From positions 11,047 through 75,046 of IMG/VR virus record IMGVR_UViG_3300045988_101367: a stretch of DNA of 64,000 nucleotides; one strand, given 5' to 3'. The notes beneath the pieces are model-generated. The model was not told the origin of the DNA and did not search any database. It was given only the letters and a program-made list of their open reading frames with translations. Origin of the DNA: a virus. This document shows positions 19,524 through 28,966 of the stretch, one piece after another (positions within the stretch are counted from its first letter, which is position 1; the number at the start of each line of letters is the position of its first letter). The translations under genes and the position numbers were made by a program.

Positions 19524-19719
19524 CTTTTTCTATCATTATTTTAATTTTTAATTTATTAAAAATAAAAGAGCTTTGCTTGTGAAAGTAGAGCTCTTATCAA
19601 AATTATGCGAAAACTTTAATAAGTCGGAGGACTTACAAAAACTCAAAAACAGTGTGTCTTAGTTGCAACGTTCTCTTGACTGAGAAAGGAGAGGATTAAC
19701 GACCCTCAGACACATCTTC

Positions 19720-19792
19720 GGGCTTGTAGTTCAATCGGTTAAAACGGGAGACTCATAATCTCTTATTCTCGGTTCAATCCCGGGCGAGCCCA
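19720..19792 (+). tRNA. tRNA-Met(CAT) (elongator or Ile-lysidine type; 1-72 pair is G-C)
   Basis: Acceptor GGGCTTG/CGAGCCC, anticodon arm GGAGA-CTCATAA-TCTCT, T-arm CTCGG-TTCAATC-CCGGG. Confidence 0.6.
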
Positions 19793-19941
19793 CTATTTCT
19801 TTTATTATATTATTCTATTTTAAAAAGTCTAATTAGTTAATCTAGTTAGGCTCTTTTTTGTTTAATTAAATAGCACATTAACATATAGATTTTACAAATG
19901 AAATAAACACTCTTGAATCTGAGAAGCTCAGATTAGAGGAA

Positions 19942-20304
19942 ATGTTGGAACGTAATAATGATCGTTTGCAACTTTTAAAGGAGGTATCTACAAAACCTAG
20001 TTCTGATGGATATAGAAGATTCTTTAAATTAAAAGGATATTCTTTATTATACACTGGAGGTAAGTGTCTTAATTCTGACTATTTTGTATTTAATTGTACT
20101 TTAATAAGTACGGCAGGGCATCTTAGCCGTAGATATTGGAATGTAGAAGAGTTAAGTAAGCAAGTGCTAAGGAAATATCCAAAGAAGAATTTATTAAGTG
20201 GGCAACAGAGTATCAGCAAAGAAAGCTTAATAATATTAATAGTGACTATACTCAATTATTCAAATATATTAATAGTATACCTAATGATGGTAAAGAATAC
20301 TTAG
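19942..20304 (+). CDS. hypothetical protein, N-terminal part; protein-like signal moves to the -1 frame near 20170-20300
   Basis: The first ~85 codons of the track ORF look protein-like and the tail looks like out-of-frame AT-rich text. The -1 frame is open from ~20160 and runs into ORF 20340-20540. Confidence 0.3.
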   Translation: MLERNNDRLQLLKEVSTKPSSDGYRRFFKLKGYSLLYTGGKCLNSDYFVFNCTLISTAGHLSRRYWNVEELSKQVLRKYPKKNLLSGQQSISKESLIILIVTILNYSNILIVYLMMVKNT

Positions 20305-20339
20305 TATCTGATTTATGCGGAGAACAGTTTTGCTTTAAT

Positions 20340-20540
20340 ATGTTTCGAACTAAGGCAGGTAGAGATGAACTATTAATTACTAAAATAAAAGTAAATAATG
20401 GTATTATTATGTTTTATGTTAATTCTAAGAAACAGTGGTACTATTATGAGGATTTAGGAGAAAGTAAATGGTATGCTGATCAGCTTATCAATTATTTAGA
20501 TTTAACTAAATTTATGCACAAAGATGAAGGATATAAATAA
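20340..20540 (+). CDS. hypothetical protein (66 aa, or C-terminal part of a longer frameshifted gene)
   Basis: Its frame is open for ~60 codons upstream of the ATG (…KEEFIKWATEYQQRKLNNINSDYTQLFKYINSIPNDGKEYLVSDLCGEQFCFN-MFRTKAG...). Confidence 0.35.
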   Translation: MFRTKAGRDELLITKIKVNNGIIMFYVNSKKQWYYYEDLGESKWYADQLINYLDLTKFMHKDEGYK

Positions 20541-20648
20541 AATTATTGATTTGGAATGGATAAAATAGTATTATAGGTAAATGGCATCTTTTCTCAAGCG
20601 TAGAAAGGATGCCATAGAACTAGGATTCTATAAATTAGTTAAATAATT

Positions 20649-20945
20649 ATGTGTTGGATAGAAATTTTAAGAAATGTAAAATATCAAGTTGCAGATAAAG
20701 ATATTGAAATTTATAAAATAGTTACATTGGCTAATAAGCAATCGTGTGTATCTATCATTAAAAACTTTAATTATACTGCAAATATATTATATAAAATACC
20801 AACCCTTGAATGTAATGAGATAGCTAGAAGGTATGGGACGCTTAAGATAGAAAAAGCTTATCATAGTTATACTGGAGTACAATTTGTATGTAATTCTGCC
20901 TTTCACATAGTCAAGGGGATGCAAACGTATGATATTCGGAAATAG
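20649..20945 (+). CDS. MCW-family paralog 1 (homologous C-terminal ~30 aa continues in the +1 frame to ~21037)
   Basis: Shares MCW start, xYKIV and GYHSY-x-V-FVC(N/D)S motifs with paralogs 2 and 3. After ...DIRK-TAG the +1 frame reads RRMFIPFENDSYIATFIIPKGAVYTINNCV, matching the paralog 2 C-terminus (…RIFRVDNSLYLATFIIPSGFVYF…). Confidence 0.45.
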   Translation: MCWIEILRNVKYQVADKDIEIYKIVTLANKQSCVSIIKNFNYTANILYKIPTLECNEIARRYGTLKIEKAYHSYTGVQFVCNSAFHIVKGMQTYDIRK

Positions 20946-21077
20946 AAGAATGTTTATACCTTTTGAAAATGATAGTTATATAGCAACTTTTATAATTCCT
21001 AAAGGTGCTGTCTATACTATTAATAATTGTGTCTAATAAAATTATGTATACTGGTAGATATTTAAAACTGTAAAATT

Positions 21078-21515
21078 ATGTGTTGGACTTGTAATATTAA
21101 TAAATTAAAAGCTCAAATAGCTAAAGAAGATATTAATGTATATAAAATAGTTAAGAAAGCTACTAAGAAATATTGTATATCTCCATTTATGGATTATACT
21201 TACTATTCAAAAGATATACAGCCTTCTTTAACTTTAGGAGTAATGATTGAACCTTGTTCAATTTTTGCAAAAATTACAGAAGGTTATCATAGTTACTCTT
21301 CTGTAAATTTCGTATGTGATTCAATAGTGCCGGACATCTTTGGAGGTTGTGTAAAAACTATACAGTGTGGAAATCGTAATAGAATATTTAGAGTAGACAA
21401 TTCTTTATATTTAGCTACCTTTATAATTCCCTCAGGTTTTGTATATTTTACAAACGAAGAAGGTGAAATTGTTTCTAATAAAATTCGCTACACAGGTAAA
21501 TATATAAAATTATGA
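21078..21515 (+). CDS. MCW-family paralog 2 (145 aa)
   Basis: Track ORF; see paralog motifs above. Confidence 0.5.
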   Translation: MCWTCNINKLKAQIAKEDINVYKIVKKATKKYCISPFMDYTYYSKDIQPSLTLGVMIEPCSIFAKITEGYHSYSSVNFVCDSIVPDIFGGCVKTIQCGNRNRIFRVDNSLYLATFIIPSGFVYFTNEEGEIVSNKIRYTGKYIKL

Positions 21516-21733
21516 AAAAAAGTATTATTAATTATAGGATTATTATTAATTGTTGTTTTAGTCAATAGTTACAATTATCCTGACACGTGGACAGGTAAGA
21601 GAAGCTGGGCTTATGAGAATAAAACATTAGAAATAATGTATGATTCTAAAAAGAAACTTCATAAGATAGTTATTTATTCCGAATTTAGAGAAGGAATGAC
21701 AGCTATTGATTTGGATACCAATACATATAAATA
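21512..21733 (+). CDS. small secreted/lipoprotein-like protein; frame broken in an A7 run right after the ATG
   Basis: With one A fewer the frame reads MKKVLLIIGLLLIVVLVNSYNYPDTWTGKRSWAYENKTLEIMYDSKKKLHKIVIYSEFREGMTAIDLDTNTYK. As written, ATG+A7 shifts the frame to an early stop. Confidence 0.3.
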
Positions 21734-21736
21734 ATT

Positions 21737-21955
21737 ATGCCTTGGTTTATTCAATTAATAATGGCTATATTTATGATAATACTTTATATTGCTATATTTA
21801 TGGGAATGTATACTAGTTCCAGTTATTCAGATAAACGAATATTTTATAGTTTTGGAATAGGAACGTATAGTACACTTCTATTGTTATTTTGGATATTACA
21901 ATATAGTATTCATCATACAATCATCTATTGGAGAATTATAGAATTATTTAAATAA
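21737..21955 (+). CDS. small membrane protein (72 aa, two hydrophobic helices)
   Basis: Track ORF MPWFIQLIMAIFMIILYIAIFMGMY.... Confidence 0.4.
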   Translation: MPWFIQLIMAIFMIILYIAIFMGMYTSSSYSDKRIFYSFGIGTYSTLLLLFWILQYSIHHTIIYWRIIELFK

Positions 21956-21979
21956 AGTAAAACAATTTATAATTAAATT

Positions 21980-22375
21980 ATGTGTTGGTCAAATTATATG
22001 GTAACTCCAATTGTATTGAAGAAGCCTTTGAAAGTTTATAAAGTAGGCACGGCAAAAACTTTAGGTATCTTTATAAGTTTATATCAAAATTTTAGATACT
22101 ATAAATCTCAGACTATGCCTACAGTAAAGATAGGACCTAAATTTGAAAGGTTTAAATCTGTTATGGGATGTGTGGGAGAACTTTGGAATTATGATCGTTT
22201 TTATATACATGAAGGTTATCATTCATACTTAACTGAAGAAATGGCTAAGGGTAGAATGTATAGTGCTGAAATAGGAATATTTGAAATTCCAGTAGGTGCT
22301 ACTGTATATATCAACTATGCATATAGAGAAGTAGTTAGTACTGATATTAAATATTTAGGATTATTAGAAGAATAA
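21980..22375 (+). CDS. MCW-family paralog 3 (131 aa)
   Basis: MCW...VYKV...EGYHSY... motifs shared with 20649 and 21078. Confidence 0.5.
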   Translation: MCWSNYMVTPIVLKKPLKVYKVGTAKTLGIFISLYQNFRYYKSQTMPTVKIGPKFERFKSVMGCVGELWNYDRFYIHEGYHSYLTEEMAKGRMYSAEIGIFEIPVGATVYINYAYREVVSTDIKYLGLLEE

Positions 22376-22751
22376 CCAATTTGGGGGATACCTATATAGT
22401 CGTGAATATTATAGGGCAGATTGATAAGAAACGGAAACAATGAATGGGTAATTCTAGTAACCCTCAGGAATTGTGAACGAAAGTTTCAAAGTACGTTAGA
22501 TTCGTAAGTCCTCCACTGCGAAGTTTCAATCATTGTACCTAATTAGGGAAAAGAGAAGTTACCTACATAATCCGGAGTATGTAGGACAGGTGATAAGGCG
22601 AAACATGATTATTATCTAAGTAGTCGAAGTACGTTCGATTCGTATTACTTCTCCAAAGTCTTTGATAGACTGAAATGCCAGGTTTCATAGGAGTATATTA
22701 ACTTTTAGTTAGTATACTCCTTTTTATATTTAATACATTAACAAATAAATT

Positions 22752-23087
22752 ATGGACAATCAAGAAATTTTTAATCAAATTAGAGAATTGCAAAAGCAAC
22801 GAACTCTATTAAGTGCGCAAGATACAGCTTTAGTAAATAAGATTAATGAGCTAAAAGATAAAATAGCATTAAAGAATATCAAGAAGGGCTATTATACTGA
22901 TAATAATGGTTTATACTGTAAAGTCTATGATATTAAAGAAGATGTTATATTTGTGTATGAAGTTAATACATCTGAGCTGTATGCTACCATGGAAGTTTAT
23001 CCTTATTATAGAGCCTTCAGTAATGCATATTGTAGAGAGTGCACTAGAGAAGAGTATGACAAAGCTCTAGATTATTTTAAAAGTTAA
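22752..23087 (+). CDS. hypothetical protein (111 aa), N-terminal coiled coil
   Basis: Track ORF. Confidence 0.4.
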   Translation: MDNQEIFNQIRELQKQRTLLSAQDTALVNKINELKDKIALKNIKKGYYTDNNGLYCKVYDIKEDVIFVYEVNTSELYATMEVYPYYRAFSNAYCRECTREEYDKALDYFKS

Positions 23088-23106
23088 GCATATATACAAA
23101 AGGATT

Positions 23107-23286
23107 ATGGAAAGAAAAATAGGTGAAATATTTACTTATAATGGTAAAATTTATCAGGTAGTAAAATCTGATATATGTGCGAATTGTGCATTTAGAGAGA
23201 ACGATTGTAGTATTATTAGATCACGTATAGGTCTATGCGTCTTTAGTATAAGATTTGATAAAACTAATGTAGTTTTTAAAAAATAA
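23107..23286 (+). CDS. small Cys-containing protein (59 aa)
   Basis: MERKIGEIFTYNGKIYQVVKSDICANCAFRENDCSIIRSRIGLCVFSIRFDKTNVVFKK. Confidence 0.3.
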   Translation: MERKIGEIFTYNGKIYQVVKSDICANCAFRENDCSIIRSRIGLCVFSIRFDKTNVVFKK

Positions 23287-23292
23287 AATAAT

Positions 23293-23451
23293 ATGGCACA
23301 AGAAGGATGGATATGCCCTAGATGTGGAAAGGTAAACGCACCTTGGGTGATGCAATGTTCCTGTAATATGGGTACTCAAGTATTACCTAAAGTTGGTGCT
23401 CCTTACTATGAAGGAGACCAAACAACATGTAATACAAAGGAGAGAAAGTAA
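23293..23451 (+). CDS. small zinc-ribbon protein (52 aa)
   Basis: MAQEGWICPRCGKVNAPWVMQCSCNMG... Confidence 0.3.
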   Translation: MAQEGWICPRCGKVNAPWVMQCSCNMGTQVLPKVGAPYYEGDQTTCNTKERK

Positions 23452-24021
23452 TGAGCAAAATTAAGAAATTATTAAGTCAAGCATTCAGTCAGCTTGATGA
23501 ATACAATAAAGGTGGTGCTACTCAGCATAATCTTCTTTGGAAGGCTATGGGCAATATTGAGGATGCACTTAAAGAATTGGAGGATGGGTAAAATAAATGT
23601 TAAAAAGTCAATTCTAGAAATTGTCGAAAGAATAATCTAGAAATACTCAAAATAGACTTAGTAAATAGTGATGAAGCTTTTGCTAGACGCTATAATGAAG
23701 ATAGAAATATATTTTCCTGTAAAGTCTATATCACTTTAGAGGACTTAGACTTTGAAGTAGATTCTGTCTTTTGGCATGATGACGTTTTAGGTACTGTATA
23801 CTGTCAAGATAAAGATACTAAAGAACCAGTATGGATAGTGTCTCGTGGCAATGAAGGAGGTTCTTGGTGGGAAGTTAATAGAGTTCCAGAGTTTTACAAA
23901 AATCAATTTAAAACTAAAGAATGAAGCACTCCTACGAAATTAAAACTGTCTATGTTGGTCATAGAGATAAAAATAGTTAATGGATTCTCAATTCGTGTTA
24001 ATATTAATGTAAAAGAAAAGT

Positions 24022-24225
24022 ATGACAAGAAATGAAGCAATGGCTTTCGCTATCAGCGTAGGAAAGCCAATAAGACATAACTCATTTTCAAAGGGTGAGT
24101 TTGTCCGATATAAAGGAAAGGAGTTAGTTGACGAAGAAGGAACTATCCTTCCTCAACAAGAGTTTTGGGCTATCCGTTCAGGTGGCTTTTGGGAGAATGG
24201 GTGGGAAGAATATAAAGATAATTGA
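24022..24225 (+). CDS. hypothetical protein (67 aa)
   Basis: Track ORF. Confidence 0.35.
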   Translation: MTRNEAMAFAISVGKPIRHNSFSKGEFVRYKGKELVDEEGTILPQQEFWAIRSGGFWENGWEEYKDN

Positions 24226-24227
24226 TT

Positions 24228-24593
24228 ATGACTAGAGAAGAAGCAAAAAAGTTATTGCCTATTATTAAGGCATACGCAGAAGGAAAGAAAATTATAGTAA
24301 AAGATAAAAGACTCTCTGATAAAGAGTATAACTGATCTGAAGTAAATGATTGCTCTTTTAATATAAAGCAATTTGATTACCGTATCAAACCAGAACCTAT
24401 TTACAGACCTTTTAAGGACGCAGAAGAGTGCTGGAATGAAATGCAAAAACATCAGCCAATTGGATGGACTAAACTAAAAGGAGCAATCGAGTACAGTTTT
24501 ATAACAGATGTTAATGATAGTATTAATTATTCAGATGCTATTAAAGAATATACATTTGCAGATGGGACTCCATTTGGTATAAAAGAAGAATAG
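24228..24593 (+). CDS. hypothetical protein with one in-frame TGA (24333-24335); terminates with TAG
   Basis: MTREEAKKLLPIIKAYAEGKKIIVKDKRLSDKEYN-TGA-SEVNDCSFNIKQFDYRIKPEPIYRPFKDAEECWNEMQKHQPIGWTKLKGAIEYSF...; frame is continuous across the TGA. Confidence 0.35.
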
Positions 24594-24595
24594 TT

Positions 24596-24844
24596 ATGAG
24601 CAAAACAGATTTACATTCATCATTGCTTTTTTTAATGATTAAACTGGAAGAGGCTAAAAACAATTCAATGTCTGACAAAAACTTTGTTGCTGCATTAACA
24701 GATGTTCTCAGATATTTCCGTGATAATGGAGAATTAAAGAAAGCTTATGAAATCCAAAAGGATTCATTAACAAATATGGCTAATAGTCCTTGGGCGAAAT
24801 TGGTATGTTCACTTCAAAAGTACAAGAAGATAAAGTTGATGTAG
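24596..24844 (+). CDS. hypothetical protein (82 aa)
   Basis: Track ORF. Confidence 0.4.
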   Translation: MSKTDLHSSLLFLMIKLEEAKNNSMSDKNFVAALTDVLRYFRDNGELKKAYEIQKDSLTNMANSPWAKLVCSLQKYKKIKLM

Positions 24845-25087
24845 AGTTGCCTGACATTGATGCTCTAATAAAAGAAAATACTTCTGATGAGTTTATTGAA
24901 AGGAAAATCAACGATATTCTAGGTATTAAAGAAAAATGAACATGAATAATAACGATAATAACTTAGAAATCTTAGAAGAATTTACATACTCCATTCTCAA
25001 AGACCTAAAAAGTTTAGAACCCGATATATCTCAACTAGTAGATGGATATTTTTGGCATTTAGTAGTATAGAACTTAAAAAAAAATAA

Positions 25088-25387
25088 ATGATATTCTATA
25101 GATTTGGTGAAATTCCAGAAGATGAATGTTCATCTATATGGAACAATAATAATGAAGTAATAGGTAAAGAAAAAGGTGTGTCTGTTTATGAAGCTCATAA
25201 AAACATAAATGGAATATACTCTCCTGTTCTTCCATTTCCAACAAATGAGATAGCATTTAATGATTTTATATATAATGTAAAATACTTTACTGGCAATAAA
25301 TATCTAGTAACTGGTGATTTGTTAGATGAAACTGGTACTGATGGCGAACCATTAATTAAGAATGTAAAAATATTAAAAAAATTATAG
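25088..25387 (+). CDS. hypothetical protein (99 aa)
   Basis: Track ORF. Confidence 0.4.
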   Translation: MIFYRFGEIPEDECSSIWNNNNEVIGKEKGVSVYEAHKNINGIYSPVLPFPTNEIAFNDFIYNVKYFTGNKYLVTGDLLDETGTDGEPLIKNVKILKKL

Positions 25388-25389
25388 TT

Positions 25390-25794
25390 ATGGAAACAGA
25401 AAATATAAATAACTATTCGGAAATGTCTATTGAGGACTTGGAAAAACTTAAAATAAAGTTTCTAAGTCAAAGAGATAATATAGAGAATACTATAGGAAAA
25501 ATAATAAATAATATAAGAGCTAAAAAACTGCAAGTTAGTAATCACGCTCTTAGAGAACATCCTTACTATAAAGATAACACATCTTATCTAAAAGTAGTTA
25601 TCAATGATGGTACTGGCTATACTGTAACTAAAATCACTCCTGGTGGTAAATGTATAGGTATATACCAATTTAATGCAGATAATACTAACTTTTTAAAATA
25701 TTATAAAATCTGTTCTCAATCTGAATGGGAAAGTGCCATAGATAGACTTAATATATGGTTTAAAGATGCTAGTTTAAAAATTAAAAAGTTATGA
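25390..25794 (+). CDS. hypothetical protein (134 aa)
   Basis: Track ORF. Confidence 0.4.
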   Translation: METENINNYSEMSIEDLEKLKIKFLSQRDNIENTIGKIINNIRAKKLQVSNHALREHPYYKDNTSYLKVVINDGTGYTVTKITPGGKCIGIYQFNADNTNFLKYYKICSQSEWESAIDRLNIWFKDASLKIKKL

Positions 25795-26030
25795 TTAAAG
25801 CAACAGAAGCAAAGACTATATCTAGGTCTGCTGTATTAGACCCGCATATATTAGATCAAATAAACTTTGCTATAATTAAAGAAGCTAGTAAAGGTAATTA
25901 TGCAGCTTGGATTGGTGCTATACTTCCGACAACTAATGTTGACAAATATTATAATTACCTTAAAAAGTTAGGATTTGAGATTAGTCTTCGTTATAAGGGT
26001 GAATATGGAGTTTATGTAGTTTGGTGTTAA
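25791..26030 (+). CDS. hypothetical protein (79 aa)
   Basis: Track ORF. Confidence 0.4.
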   Translation: MIKATEAKTISRSAVLDPHILDQINFAIIKEASKGNYAAWIGAILPTTNVDKYYNYLKKLGFEISLRYKGEYGVYVVWC

Positions 26031-26051
26031 AAATAAAAAAAAATAAAAAAT

Positions 26052-26261
26052 ATGAATAAACTTTGGATATTACCAACAATTTGTTTTATAATTGTTTTAG
26101 CTTGGTCAGTTCCTAGCTACTATTATCAGAAAGCAAAAATTCTGGAATTGCAAATAATTGTAGATAGACAGTCAAACGCTATTCAGCAACTTGAAAGAGA
26201 AAAGAATAATATTGAAGTAACTATTCCTCAGTATTTAGATAGTTTGCCTGGTGGTGATTAA
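26052..26261 (+). CDS. small membrane-anchored protein (69 aa)
   Basis: Hydrophobic N-terminus LWILPTICFIIVLAW. Confidence 0.4.
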   Translation: MNKLWILPTICFIIVLAWSVPSYYYQKAKILELQIIVDRQSNAIQQLEREKNNIEVTIPQYLDSLPGGD

Positions 26262-26277
26262 TTAAATATTTAAAAAT

Positions 26278-26622
26278 ATGTATTTAGAAGGAGATAAATG
26301 GAAAAATTGGCACACTAGATGTTCTGATGCTGCCATTAAAGAGAACAAAAGTGAAGAAGATACTAAACTAAGTACTATATCAGTGTCTAAATTACTTGAG
26401 TATGCACATACTGCATTGCATCATTGTGAGATTAATAATTTAGACCCTTATAAAGTCCCAGTATTTCTTACACTAGATCATAATGAGAACTTGTATTCTT
26501 ATGTAGGATTATCTATATGTAGTAGTAGTCAGTTGGGAACTTATGTAACTTTAGGTTCTTCAGATTATTATAAAATGTTCTATGTTGCTCCAGATTCTAA
26601 ACCTGAAGTTGGTGAATATTGA
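26278..26622 (+). CDS. hypothetical protein (114 aa)
   Basis: Track ORF. Confidence 0.4.
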   Translation: MYLEGDKWKNWHTRCSDAAIKENKSEEDTKLSTISVSKLLEYAHTALHHCEINNLDPYKVPVFLTLDHNENLYSYVGLSICSSSQLGTYVTLGSSDYYKMFYVAPDSKPEVGEY

Positions 26623-26658
26623 AGAAGTAGAGGTGTAGGTTATGATTTATCTGGTTTT

Positions 26659-26904
26659 GTGGTATCTAAACTAGCTGGAGAACGTTTAACTAGACTAGTT
26701 AAATATGTATTAAATACAGATGAACCTCTGTCTCATCTAGATTACAGAGAATTTGAACCTAATTGGATTCAATTCAAGTTTCAAAAAGAAGAATTTAATC
26801 TGGAATTACTAGATAAACTCGCAAGAGCAAATGATAATATAGTTAATGAAGCTATATTAAGACAATGTATGATTAATGATTCCGAAAAAGAGACAGATTT
26901 ATAA
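26659..26904 (+). CDS. hypothetical protein (81 aa)
   Basis: Track ORF. Confidence 0.35.
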   Translation: MVSKLAGERLTRLVKYVLNTDEPLSHLDYREFEPNWIQFKFQKEEFNLELLDKLARANDNIVNEAILRQCMINDSEKETDL

Positions 26905-27205
26905 TTTCTTTGACGATGGTAAATGTTCGCCAAGTAGGTTATATAAAGCTTATATAAAGAAAGTAATTCCTTTTAATAAAGCTGATATACATCTAAAGAT
27001 ACATTTAGTTAATAGTGCTCTTAACTGTAGTTGGATATGGAATGGAGATACTGACTATTTTATAGGTTGTTATATTCCTGAGTACGACGATCATCTTATT
27101 TGGTTTGCAAGAACTAAATATGATACATGGTTCAGTATGGATATTCAATCTAATTGGCAAGGAGGATTATTAGATGTCAATAGAGATATTCAATTTAGTT
27201 TTTAA
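26876..27205 (+). CDS. hypothetical protein (109 aa)
   Basis: Track ORF. Confidence 0.4.
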   Translation: MIPKKRQIYNFFDDGKCSPSRLYKAYIKKVIPFNKADIHLKIHLVNSALNCSWIWNGDTDYFIGCYIPEYDDHLIWFARTKYDTWFSMDIQSNWQGGLLDVNRDIQFSF

Positions 27206-27321
27206 CATTAATTAAGTTTTAAATTATGGGTAATGAAGATAGAATAGATCCAGATGATTGGTATAATAATTACAATTATTTACGTGGTAGACACTAATTT
27301 ATAAAAGAGTTCTTTTAAATT

Positions 27322-27654
27322 GGGGCATTCGTGGTTTTGATTGTATAGGAGATAAGAAACACAGCAAGACAGTTGGAGAGACAACAAAACAATAATCGCT
27401 AGAGTTATCAATATGACTCCTGTTTCTTACGCTATTGCAGCCTAAGAAACCGAGCAGCACTTGCTTGGGAACGGAAAGGTGCATTATTCTTTTATTTCTT
27501 TATTAGTTCTCTGTATACTTTAGGAACAGAGTGGTGGAAGTTGGCAATGTTAATCTTGTCAACCCTAACAGACAAGGATAGTCTTTAAAACCTATGCTGT
27601 AAGAACGTTTTGATGCAAATATGCAAGACTGGAGTTCGACTCTCCAATGCTCCA
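27322..27654 (+). ncRNA. ssrA: tmRNA (SsrA-like) candidate
   Basis: 5' GGGGCAT pairs with 3' ATGCTCC (one G-U), giving a tRNA-like acceptor with discriminator A. 3' T-arm TGGAG-TTCGACT-CTCCA. Internal tag-like reading frame ...aat atg act cct gtt tct tac gct att gca gcc TAA (…SYAIAA*) resembles the ...YALAA tmRNA tag ending. No protein ORF in the region. Confidence 0.55.
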
Positions 27655-27688
27655 CTAGTTCATAGAACTATTTTATTATTTGTTTTTA

Positions 27689-27730
27689 ATCCCTGGGCTA
27701 TTATTATAGTTCAGGGATTTTTGTTTAATT
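27689..27730 (+). terminator. rho-independent terminator
   Basis: aatccctg-ggctattattatagtt-cagggatt followed by tttg/ttt. Confidence 0.5.
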
Positions 27731-27886
27731 TTAACTGTTAATTATGGGAATTTTTAGTAATTTTTTAAAAGAAAACAAAAAAGAACAGAAGCCTTTAATA
27801 ACTATAGATAAAGAATTATCTAAGTTAGCGGTGGATTTAGTAGGGTTTCAGAAGGCACAGCATTAATTCCTTTAAAGTCTAATGAT

Positions 27887-28594
27887 ATGTCTGGAGAATA
27901 TGCCAGATTATGTGGATTAGGCAATAGTGCAAATGCTAAATTCTTAAAAGACAGAATACGTGATATTGATGCATATAACAGAAATATCATAAAAGCTTGT
28001 GAGTTGTTAGCTTATATAAAAACTATAAATGAGTTTTTAGGAGACTCTGTTGTATTAGTTAGTAAAGATTCTTTTTATAAATTGTGTCATAAATATAAAT
28101 TATCTGTTGGATCTCTTGAACAATTCACCGGAGTTATACCTGATGCTAATTTAAAGGAGTTCTCAGATATAAAGTATAAGATGGATCATTACTCTGGTTA
28201 TGTGAAATTAAATACAAACCATCACACAATAGAAATTAAACGTATATATAATCGTAGTGATAAGAGTGATTCTAGTATTAGTAAATACTTTGATTATAAT
28301 TTTAATATTATTTCTTATCCTGCCTATCTATATCGTATGAGTGATATTAAAGAATTTAAAGATAAGGAATGGGCTGAAAAAGTCTCTCTTGATGTACGTT
28401 ACATACATAGAGACGAAATATTCATAGCTTGTCCAAAATCAAATCTACAAGAGAAGGAAGTTATAGTTTCTCACCCTGTAGATCCAATAATATTTCAATA
28501 TTGTCCTTATGGAGTATTAATATATACTATGTGGGGAAAAGAAGCTGAAGATAAAGTATTTGAAGAATATAAAAAGTTAAGAACTATAAAATAA
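27887..28594 (+). CDS. hypothetical protein (235 aa)
   Basis: Track ORF. Confidence 0.45.
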   Translation: MSGEYARLCGLGNSANAKFLKDRIRDIDAYNRNIIKACELLAYIKTINEFLGDSVVLVSKDSFYKLCHKYKLSVGSLEQFTGVIPDANLKEFSDIKYKMDHYSGYVKLNTNHHTIEIKRIYNRSDKSDSSISKYFDYNFNIISYPAYLYRMSDIKEFKDKEWAEKVSLDVRYIHRDEIFIACPKSNLQEKEVIVSHPVDPIIFQYCPYGVLIYTMWGKEAEDKVFEEYKKLRTIK

Positions 28595-28699
28595 ATATGG
28601 AAGAACATATTAATAACTCTATTAAAATAATTGATAATATGTTATATAACATAGATATTCTTATAAATTTATTAAAGTAATTATTAAACATTTATCAAA

Positions 28700-28966
28700 A
28701 TGGGTAAACAAATTTGGTTGCAAGATGGCAACGTTTTTAGTCAGGGTAGTGCGACAACAGTATCTCATCCTGAAGGATTACCGAAAGGTATTTATGAAGT
28801 AAAAGTCTCAATGACTGGATTTTACTTAAGTAAAATCGCTGAGTCTTTTACGTTTGATTACAAACTGTATGGTCTAAACCAAAAATTTATTAATTATGTC
28901 TTAAAGACATATGATAACACTACAGGTAATTTAGGTGTTCTGTTAGACGGAATCAAAGGAACTGGT
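28700..28966 (+). CDS. AAA+ ATPase, exon 1 (ends in Walker A ...LLDGIKGTG)
   Basis: The ORF terminates right after GIKGTGKI. Joining ...ggt (28966) to exon 2 aaa aca gtt... restores the GxxxxGKT Walker A. Confidence 0.5.
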
